Origin: Bacteroidales bacterium | GTDB taxonomy: Bacteria > Bacteroidota > Bacteroidia > Bacteroidales > Azobacteroidaceae | Assembly (NCBI GenBank): GCA_031552425.1 | Contig: JAVBMM010000085.1 | Span: 1 to 47,943 of the forward strand | Length of the DNA stretch: 47,943 nucleotides | Reading direction: 5' to 3' | In this document: positions 10,631-18,096 of the stretch, in pieces | Layout: every line of letters starts with the position of its first letter | Position numbering within the stretch: the first letter of the stretch is position 1 | Position numbers and translations under genes: made by a program | Notes under the pieces: model-generated | What the model saw: the letters and a program-made list of their open reading frames with translations, nothing else | Databases searched by the model: none | Told to the model about the DNA's origin: nothing

Positions 10631-11887
10631 ATGAGGGCATTGATGTTTGGTTGGGAATTTCCACCCCATATATTGGGAGGACTTGGTACAGCCAGTTATG
10701 GGCTTACTCGGGGAATGGCCGAACAGAAAGACATGGATATAACCTTTGTGATTCCTAAACCTTGGGGAGATGAAGACCAAAGTTTCTTAAAAATTGTCGG
10801 AGCTTGTAATACTCCGGTGGCTTGGCGGGATGTAAATTGGGATTATGTGTCTCAACGGATGGGGAAACAGATGGACCCGCAAGAGTATTATAATTTAAGG
10901 GATCATATTTATGCAGATTTTAACTATATGCATATCAATGATTTGGGTTGCATAGAATTTTCAGGCAGATATCCGGATAATCTCTTGGAAGAGATTAATA
11001 ATTATTCAATCGCTGCAGGAGTTATTGCCCGTACTTATTCGTACGATATTATTCATTCTCACGATTGGCTTACGTATCCGGCAGGTATGCATGCCAAACA
11101 AGTGAGTGGGAAACCGTTGGTTATTCATGTACATGCAACGGACTTTGACAGAAGTCGAGGAAAAGTCAATCCTCAGGTATATGCATTGGAAAAAGATGGA
11201 ATGGATCATGCTGATCATATTATTACTGTAAGTAATTTGACCCGCAATACAGTTATTGAAAAATATCATCAACCTGCCTGGAAAGTAACCACTGTTCATA
11301 ATGCAGTGGAACCTTTGAGTCAAGAAATCAAAGCGATACATTCTCAAAAAGGTACTAAAGATAAAGTAATTACTTTCTTAGGAAGAATTACCATGCAGAA
11401 AGGACCGGAATATTTTGTTGAAGCAGCTTCTCTGGTGCTGAAAAAAGCGAAGAATGTTCGTTTTGTTATGGCAGGAAGCGGAGATATGATGGATCAAATG
11501 ATTCGTTTAGCTGCCCGCCGAGGAATTGCCGATAGATTTCATTTTACCGGTTTCCTGAAGGGAAAACAAGTATATGAAATGCTTCAATCGAGTGATGTAT
11601 ATGTTATGCCTTCCGTATCTGAACCTTTCGGCATTTCTCCTTTGGAAGCCATGCAATGTGGTGTGCCTACAATTATTTCCAAACAATCAGGTTGTGCCGA
11701 GATCCTGAATAATGCTGTTAAAACAGATTATTGGGACACTGAGGCGATGGCAGATGCTATGTATTCTATTATTACCTATCCTGCAATGGCTTCTTATTTA
11801 CAAGAAGAAGGAAAACGTGAGGTCGATGAGATAAAATGGGAATATGCAGGTATGAAAGTGCGGAAAATATACGAAAGTGTCATGTGA
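10631..11887 (+). CDS. Glycosyltransferase family 4/5-like, probable alpha-glucan (glycogen) synthase
   Basis: 418 aa. The N-terminal MFGWEFPPHILGGLGTA resembles the glycogen synthase GGL motif. The C-terminal GT-B region contains PSVSEPFGISPLEAM (E-x7-E type). Confidence 0.7.
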   Translation: MRALMFGWEFPPHILGGLGTASYGLTRGMAEQKDMDITFVIPKPWGDEDQSFLKIVGACNTPVAWRDVNWDYVSQRMGKQMDPQEYYNLRDHIYADFNYMHINDLGCIEFSGRYPDNLLEEINNYSIAAGVIARTYSYDIIHSHDWLTYPAGMHAKQVSGKPLVIHVHATDFDRSRGKVNPQVYALEKDGMDHADHIITVSNLTRNTVIEKYHQPAWKVTTVHNAVEPLSQEIKAIHSQKGTKDKVITFLGRITMQKGPEYFVEAASLVLKKAKNVRFVMAGSGDMMDQMIRLAARRGIADRFHFTGFLKGKQVYEMLQSSDVYVMPSVSEPFGISPLEAMQCGVPTIISKQSGCAEILNNAVKTDYWDTEAMADAMYSIITYPAMASYLQEEGKREVDEIKWEYAGMKVRKIYESVM

Positions 11888-11910
11888 AAAATATTAAAAG
11901 AACAAGATAT

Positions 11911-13245
11911 ATGAAAACGATTTGTTTCTATTTTCAGGTACATCAACCGTTTCGGTTAAAAAGATATCGCTTTTTTGATATTGGTAGAGATCATTATTAT
12001 TATGATGATTTTGCCAATGAAGAAATTATCCATCGGGTTGCGGCGCGTTCTTTTCTTAAAGCCAATGCTATGTTACAAGACATAATTAAGGAAACAGGAA
12101 ATAAATTTAAGGTTGCCTTTTCCATATCAGGAGTTGCATTGGAACAAATGGAAATATATGTTCCTGAAGTGATAGACAGCTTTAAAGAATTATCCAAAAC
12201 CGGATGTGTGGAGTTTTTAGCGGAAACATATGCTCATTCTTTGTCTTCATTAAAAGATCCGGAAGAATTTGAAAAGCAAGTAAAAGCACATTCTGCTAAA
12301 ATAGAATCTTTATTTGGACAGAAACCTAAAGTATTCAGGAATACAGAGCTGATTTATTCGGATGAAATAGGGGATATGGTTCATGCTTTAGGTTATAAGG
12401 GTATGTTAACCGAAGGGGCTAAGCACGTGTTGGGATGGAAAAGTCCTAATTACCTCTATCATTCTGTTAGTAATCCGTCTTTAAAGTTATTGTTGAAAAA
12501 TTCAAAATTCAGTGATGATATTGCTTTTCGTTTTTCTAATTATGATTGGAGTGAGTATCCTCTTACAGCAGATAAATTCATCCGATGGATATCTTCTTTG
12601 TCAGATTCCGAGCAATTGATCAATCTCTTTATGAATTATGAAACTTTGGGAAATATACAGCCGTCTGAAAGTGGTATTTTTGATTTTTTTAAGGCGCTTC
12701 CCCGTTTTGCAGCAGAGAAAAAGATCAGTTTCTCCACTCCATCGGATATCATTAATAAAATGAAGTCTGTAGATGCTATTTCAGTACCTTTTCCTTGTTC
12801 TTGGGCGGATGAGGAACGTGATACGAGCGCATGGTTGGGAAATGTTCTTCAAAAAGAAGCATTCGAAAAACTTTATAGTATCGGCGAAAGAGTTCGTTTA
12901 TGTGCTGATCGCCGGATCAAGCAAGATTGGCTTTACCTGCAAACCAGTGACCATTTTTACTATATGTCTACCAAACATTTTTCTGATGGAGCGATACATA
13001 GTTATTTCAGTCCGTATGATACCCCTTATGATGCATTCAGTAATTATATGAATGTGTTGGGGGATTTTATTGACCGCGTGAATGCACAGTTTCCATCATC
13101 CATAGATAATGAAGAGTTAAATGCATTATTAACCACGATAGATAATCAAGGAAAAGAAATCGAAATGCTACAAACAGAATTGCAGTATTTGAAAACTAAA
13201 AGAACTCTGCCGGCTTCCAGAACAAATAAAATAGAGTTGAATTGA
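11911..13245 (+). CDS. Glycoside hydrolase family 57 (alpha-amylase / branching-enzyme-like)
   Basis: The N-terminus MKTICFYFQVHQPFRLKRY is a characteristic GH57 start. The ORF track opens at 11836, but that extension overlaps the GT4 gene. The ATG at 11911 is preferred. Confidence 0.8.
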   Translation: MKTICFYFQVHQPFRLKRYRFFDIGRDHYYYDDFANEEIIHRVAARSFLKANAMLQDIIKETGNKFKVAFSISGVALEQMEIYVPEVIDSFKELSKTGCVEFLAETYAHSLSSLKDPEEFEKQVKAHSAKIESLFGQKPKVFRNTELIYSDEIGDMVHALGYKGMLTEGAKHVLGWKSPNYLYHSVSNPSLKLLLKNSKFSDDIAFRFSNYDWSEYPLTADKFIRWISSLSDSEQLINLFMNYETLGNIQPSESGIFDFFKALPRFAAEKKISFSTPSDIINKMKSVDAISVPFPCSWADEERDTSAWLGNVLQKEAFEKLYSIGERVRLCADRRIKQDWLYLQTSDHFYYMSTKHFSDGAIHSYFSPYDTPYDAFSNYMNVLGDFIDRVNAQFPSSIDNEELNALLTTIDNQGKEIEMLQTELQYLKTKRTLPASRTNKIELN

Positions 13246-13458
13246 GAGTTTAGAACAAAGAGAGAAGATTAACTTGTAATATTTAATAAAGGTATTATGA
13301 CTTCAAAGATATTGAAGCAATAATAAATAGAACTTATTTTGATTATTTCATTCATAACTTCATAATTTCTTCAATTTCATAGAAGGTATTTTTTCTATAA
13401 AAATGTAGAAAAGATGTATTTGTATCAAAAAGAAATTGGATTTTTCTTCATTTTTCTG

Positions 13459-13466
13459 TAGATTTG
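13459..13466 (+). promoter_or_regulatory. Bacteroidota sigma-A -7 box TAgaTTTG
   Basis: Exact match to TAnnTTTG. It lies 136 nt upstream of the first in-frame ATG of the KamA-like gene, implying a long leader. Confidence 0.3.
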
Positions 13467-13586
13467 TGAGTCTCATATTACTTAAGGGCTATCTGTATTT
13501 ATCCAAAAAAACCTTATTTTGGCCTCAATAAGATTCCTATTCAAAAAGAAACTTCACCGGATGTCCTTTGGTATTTATTTCTAACC

Positions 13587-13609
13587 AAATGTCATTGTGA
13601 AATGTCATT
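13587..13609 (+). repeat. Direct duplication of AAATGTCATT (13-nt period) spanning the first ATG of the KamA-like ORF
   Basis: AAATGTCATT occurs at 13587-13596 and again at 13600-13609. The first copy opens a 3-codon mini-ORF (ATG TCA TTG TGA) that ends 1 nt before the ATG at 13602. Confidence 0.6.
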
Positions 13610-14948
13610 TCTATTCTATTTGATAATGAAAAAGATGATTTCTTATTCGTTGCACAATTATTGTGCTATTCCTGAAATGTCTTCTGTCAGTGAAGATATT
13701 AAGAAAAATATTGAAGTAGTTGGCAGGGTGTTACCTTTCAAGACCAATAATTATGTGGTTGAAGAATTAATTGATTGGAATCAGGTGGAAACCGATCCGA
13801 TTTTTACTTTAAATTTTCCCAGGAAGGAAATGTTGAAGAAAAAGTATTACGATGTTGTTTCTAAACTTTTAGAGCAGAATGCAGATAAATCTGTGATTGA
13901 TCGAAAGATACAAGAAATTCGCTTGTCATTGAACCCAAATCCGGCAGGCCAGGAACACAATGTACCTTATTTAGGTGAAATCAAGCTGAAGGGGATACAA
14001 CACAAATATCCTGAAACAGTATTGTTTTTTCCAAGTCAAGGACAAACTTGCCATGCTTATTGCACATTTTGTTTTCGCTGGCCTCAGTTTTCCGGAATGA
14101 GTGGACTTAAATTTGCCATGAAAGAAGCGGATTTACTTTTAAAATATCTTCGTGTACACAAAGAAGTAACCGATATTTTGTTTACCGGAGGAGATCCGAT
14201 GGTAATGAGTGCCGCTGTATTGGAAGGTTACATAGAGCCATTGCTTCATCCTGAATTTGATCATATCCATTCGATTCGTATAGGGACAAAATCTCTTTCG
14301 TATTGGCCTTACCGGTATTTTTCTGATGAAGATAGCGATGATATGATCCGGTTGTTTGAGAAAATTACGGCTAGTGGTAAAAATCTTTCTATCCAAGCAC
14401 ATTTCAATCATCCGGTAGAACTTTCTACAGAAGCTGTAAAAAGAGCTATAAAAAGGATTCTTGGTACGGGAGCCCAAATACGGACTCAATCGCCTCTGTT
14501 GAATCACATTAATGACAAACCGGAACTCTGGTCGGAAATGTGGCGAAAACAGGTTGATCTTGGATGCATTCCTTATTATATGTTCATTGCCCGTGATACA
14601 GGAGCTAAAGAGTATTTTGAAATTCCATTGGAAAAATGTTGGCAAATATTTCGTAGGGCTTACCGGAAAGTAAGTGGACTTTGTCGTACAGTACGTGGAC
14701 CGAGTATGAGTGATCATGCGGGAAAAATACAAGTGTTGGGGGTACAGGAAATAAAAGGGGAAAAAGTATTTGTGCTTCGTTTTATTCAGGGAAGGAATCC
14801 TCAATGGGTACATATTCCGTTCTTTGCCGGATATGATCCGAAAGCAACATGGTTCAACCAATTGAAGCCAGCCTTTGGTAAGGAAAAATTCTTTTTTGAG
14901 GAACAACCGTATAATTCTTATATTACTAAACCATTCTTATTTGAATAA
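13602..14948 (+). CDS. KamA family radical SAM protein (lysine 2,3-aminomutase-like), divergent subfamily
   Basis: CHAYCTFCFRW is a CxxxCxxC radical SAM cluster motif in a KamA-like context (FFPSQGQTC...). FTGGDP is present, and a late DHAGK motif matches the PLP-lysine region. Alternative in-frame Met starts lie at 13626, 13635 and 13677. Confidence 0.8.
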   Translation: MSFLFYLIMKKMISYSLHNYCAIPEMSSVSEDIKKNIEVVGRVLPFKTNNYVVEELIDWNQVETDPIFTLNFPRKEMLKKKYYDVVSKLLEQNADKSVIDRKIQEIRLSLNPNPAGQEHNVPYLGEIKLKGIQHKYPETVLFFPSQGQTCHAYCTFCFRWPQFSGMSGLKFAMKEADLLLKYLRVHKEVTDILFTGGDPMVMSAAVLEGYIEPLLHPEFDHIHSIRIGTKSLSYWPYRYFSDEDSDDMIRLFEKITASGKNLSIQAHFNHPVELSTEAVKRAIKRILGTGAQIRTQSPLLNHINDKPELWSEMWRKQVDLGCIPYYMFIARDTGAKEYFEIPLEKCWQIFRRAYRKVSGLCRTVRGPSMSDHAGKIQVLGVQEIKGEKVFVLRFIQGRNPQWVHIPFFAGYDPKATWFNQLKPAFGKEKFFFEEQPYNSYITKPFLFE

Positions 14949-14955
14949 GGTTTTC

Positions 14956-14963
14956 TATATTTG
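14956..14963 (+). promoter_or_regulatory. Bacteroidota -7 box TAtaTTTG
   Basis: Exact TAnnTTTG match, 29 nt upstream of the ATG at 14992. Confidence 0.45.
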
Positions 14964-14991
14964 TCATGAAAACAAAAACTAAATAATCAAT

Positions 14992-17900
14992 ATGAGGATC
15001 TTAATTTCAATAATGATATGGATATTTGCTTGTCAACAGCTATCCATTGCCCAGTCTACATTGAATGTGGCACAGGGAAAATCAGTAACAGTTAGTTCTG
15101 TCAATCCACGTTATCCCGAGTCGTTAATTCTTGATGGAGGTATCTCCAAATCATCTACATGGATACCTTTGGATAATGCCCGCCCTCCTCATTGGGTGGA
15201 GATCAATCTGGAAAAATATTATGACATTGAGCGTATTGTTTTCTACAATGGTATTCCGGAAGATGACATGACTGCCCGTGAGAAGGAAAAAGCAGCAGGA
15301 TTTTATTGCGTTAAGAATTTGAAATTTCAATATTGGGACGATGCTAACTGGACGGATTTTCCTAATACCGAACTTACAGAAAATCGGAAATCTATTTTAT
15401 CATTTGATTTTTCTCCACGAATCACAGCATACAAAATAAGACTTATAGCGACTGACGGAGAACCTATTCGAGTTATAGATATCCAGGTGTTCGGTAAAGA
15501 AAATCCGAATCTGATATTGAGCAAAACTGATATGAAGGCATCAGCCTCTATTGTAAAAGATAAGACAAATCAGGCTTTTGTGAAAATTTCTGATAAAAAA
15601 ACAGGAAAGACATTTAAATATGTAGGTTATAATCAAGGTTATTTTATGCCGGGAAGTAACGCTACGGCTTGGGTTGAATATTCCGGAGTTAATTCTGTAC
15701 GTCTTTGGGCATCTTTGAGTGAATATGTTCCTGTAAATAGCCTTGAACTTTCTCCTCAGGTAAATGATCTGGCTGCATTCGAAGAACTAAAGAAAGAAGT
15801 CCGCCGGGATCCAGAAACAAATCCTTATATCCGATGGGAAGTAATTCGTAAGAAAGCCGGTAATCGAATGCCTTCGACCAACACGATGGTATTAGATTAT
15901 GCCTTAACCGAAATGAAAAAAAGAAATGTTGATGTACTGATGCAGATCAATTCTACTGATTTCAATAATGAATGGAGCAATAAATGGCAACAATGGCTTA
16001 GGTTTTATGCTTTAGCATTTCATACGGCAAAAGTTGGAGATGTTCAATTGTTCGCTATGCAAAATGAACCTAATCATGCTCTTTCCCACATGAAACTTGA
16101 TCAGTACTGCCATGCCCTTAAAATTACGTCTGATGCAGCACGCTGTGCTATTGAAGATGTAAACAAACTATATAATAAAAATCTAAAAGTCCGTTTTGTA
16201 AGTCCTGTTACCGCTGGAACAAATACTAATTGGTGGGCAACCGTTATTGCAAGTGTCAGGACAGATTATCGCGGAAATCCGATCGACTATAATTTATTGG
16301 ATATTTTTTCTACTCATTCTTATAATTTACCTGCTGTGGGATATACAGATAAAGTAAATGGTATCAGGAATTTGTTGGTAGAGAATCATCCCAAACATGA
16401 GAATTTTCCCATTGTTTTTACTGAAATTGGGCGATGGATGAATGCGTACCTGATTGACAGGGAAGAAACAATGGATTCTCCTTCTTTATTCACTGAATGG
16501 GCTGGAATATATGCCAATAATATGAATAACGGAGCTTATGGAATGTGGGCATTCAAAATGGCGAATACAATTAGTAGTACTTATCCGAGGGGTATCAAAT
16601 CCGGGCACCATTATACATGGAAAGGGACCCGGTTTATCGAAGATTCTCAGGAAAACCTGGCTCTCAATAAGCCGGTAAAAGCCAGCGGAGAAAGTAAAGA
16701 TTATCCTGCTTCTAATGTGACGGATGGAAATAAATCGGATGCATCTTCCTGGACATTTTTTTCTGATAACGACAAATGGTTGGAAATTGATCTGCAAAAG
16801 CCGACAGAGTTAGGTGGAGCCGTAGTATATACCGGTTCTTCATCCGGAGTCTATACAGCTCCTGACCGGGCTAAAACTTACCGTTTACAAAGTTGGGATG
16901 GAAAACAATGGGCTGATATAGGAGGAGCCTCCGAAGATAAATCTAAATATGCACAAGTATTATGGAAATTTAAGAAAAGTGTTACAACCAACAAGGTCCG
17001 ATTGTTCATTGAGGATGAAGGTTCCGTAAAAATCAGGGAAATCAAACTTTTTAATCCTCAATTCATGAAAAATGCTCAACCATCGTATGATATTAGTGGT
17101 ATACAGCGTACCGGAGAGGTGGTTAGATTGTTTGCTAAGGGCTTTAAAAATGAGAAAGATCTTTTAGAAACAACGATTTCTGTTGAAGATCCGGATGTAA
17201 ATATCAACACTTGCATTGATAAAGAAACCAATTCTTGCTACATCTGGTTGGTAAACCGTAATAATTTTGATTATCAACTGGATTTGGATTTATCATCTTT
17301 GCCATTGAATTCTTCGTCTAAATTATTCATCGAAGAAGTTAGTGGTAACTATTATGGAGAGTTGGTTGATATTAAAACAATAGGTAATTCAAAAAAAGTC
17401 AGTTATGTACTACCTCCTCAAAGTGTACAATTGATTTCCATTCCTCTGAATAATTTGAAATTGAAAGAATTTGATGCTGTGGCAACAACTACAATCAAGG
17501 GAGGAAACGATTCCGGAAAGAATTTTTCAGATCAGAATATGCTTGGTATTGCTTTGGATTCAAGGGATTTCTCAAAGAATGAAGTTTCATATATACAGTT
17601 TGATTTGGGAAAGCAAAATAAGATAACTTCGGATAAAGCTGTTTTTAGTATTTATGGATATAATGTAACCGATGCTATTCCTTATCGTTTCCATGTTTAT
17701 GTTATTCCTGATTGGGAGTGGAGTGGGAAACAACTAACTTGGAATAATGCAGCATGTATTGCTAAAAATGAAACCTGGATGCAAGAAGTTGGTTCTAAAG
17801 CTTTTATTGCCGGAGAATTGGTATTTACCAATCAGCCCAAACGACATGAATTGGATGTTACCGAATTATTACAACGGTATCCATCTGATACTTATACTTT

Positions 17901-18012
17901 TGTCCTGATCAGGGAAGCTCGTGAATTAGGAGATGATTATGATAAAGGAAAAAAATGTGTGGTTTATTCCAACAAAGATATTTCAAGGAAACCGCAACTT
18001 AAATTATTCTAA
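14992..18012 (+). CDS. Secreted multidomain glycoside-hydrolase-like protein: F5/8 type C (CBM32-like), clan GH-A-like TIM barrel, second F5/8 type C domain, beta-sandwich region, C-terminal carbohydrate-binding-like domain
   Basis: Signal peptide MRILISIMIWIFACQQLSIAQS. Two discoidin-like segments are present (LNVAQGKSVTVSS...HWVEINL and NLALNKPVKASGESKDYPASNVTDGN...WLEIDL). The candidate acid/base motif is FAMQNEPNH and the candidate nucleophile motif is VFTEIGRW. The GH family could not be assigned by eye. Confidence 0.55.
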   Translation: MRILISIMIWIFACQQLSIAQSTLNVAQGKSVTVSSVNPRYPESLILDGGISKSSTWIPLDNARPPHWVEINLEKYYDIERIVFYNGIPEDDMTAREKEKAAGFYCVKNLKFQYWDDANWTDFPNTELTENRKSILSFDFSPRITAYKIRLIATDGEPIRVIDIQVFGKENPNLILSKTDMKASASIVKDKTNQAFVKISDKKTGKTFKYVGYNQGYFMPGSNATAWVEYSGVNSVRLWASLSEYVPVNSLELSPQVNDLAAFEELKKEVRRDPETNPYIRWEVIRKKAGNRMPSTNTMVLDYALTEMKKRNVDVLMQINSTDFNNEWSNKWQQWLRFYALAFHTAKVGDVQLFAMQNEPNHALSHMKLDQYCHALKITSDAARCAIEDVNKLYNKNLKVRFVSPVTAGTNTNWWATVIASVRTDYRGNPIDYNLLDIFSTHSYNLPAVGYTDKVNGIRNLLVENHPKHENFPIVFTEIGRWMNAYLIDREETMDSPSLFTEWAGIYANNMNNGAYGMWAFKMANTISSTYPRGIKSGHHYTWKGTRFIEDSQENLALNKPVKASGESKDYPASNVTDGNKSDASSWTFFSDNDKWLEIDLQKPTELGGAVVYTGSSSGVYTAPDRAKTYRLQSWDGKQWADIGGASEDKSKYAQVLWKFKKSVTTNKVRLFIEDEGSVKIREIKLFNPQFMKNAQPSYDISGIQRTGEVVRLFAKGFKNEKDLLETTISVEDPDVNINTCIDKETNSCYIWLVNRNNFDYQLDLDLSSLPLNSSSKLFIEEVSGNYYGELVDIKTIGNSKKVSYVLPPQSVQLISIPLNNLKLKEFDAVATTTIKGGNDSGKNFSDQNMLGIALDSRDFSKNEVSYIQFDLGKQNKITSDKAVFSIYGYNVTDAIPYRFHVYVIPDWEWSGKQLTWNNAACIAKNETWMQEVGSKAFIAGELVFTNQPKRHELDVTELLQRYPSDTYTFVLIREARELGDDYDKGKKCVVYSNKDISRKPQLKLF

Positions 18013-18045
18013 AATTCAGGTTCACCGAAAAAGTATCCAAAAGAC

Positions 18046-18080
18046 AAGAGGCTGATCATTTTTTGACCAGCCTCTTTTAT
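18046..18080. terminator. Bidirectional intrinsic terminator between the convergent GH-like gene and secA
   Basis: AAGAGGCTG (18046-18054) pairs with CAGCCTCTT (18068-18076). The stem can extend by 3 more bp across one mismatch. T runs follow on both strands. Confidence 0.6.
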
Positions 18081-18096
18081 ATACTCGTAATACAAT

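Noticed and set aside
11836-11910. An upstream extension of the GH57 ORF (MGICRYESAENIRK...).
   Set aside because: It overlaps the 3-prime end of the GT4 gene by 52 nt. The conserved GH57 N-terminus begins at the ATG at 11911.
13246-13601. The long leader of the KamA-like gene as a lysine (L-box) riboswitch.
   Set aside because: The region is extremely AT-rich. I could not find the conserved G-rich helices or junction motifs of known lysine riboswitches, only weak AT hairpins.
14139-14906. A 255-aa ORF on the minus strand.
   Set aside because: It is entirely antisense to the well-supported KamA-family gene. The translation is low-complexity (rich in F, I, K, Y and R) with no recognisable motif. 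This is a typical shadow ORF in AT-rich DNA.
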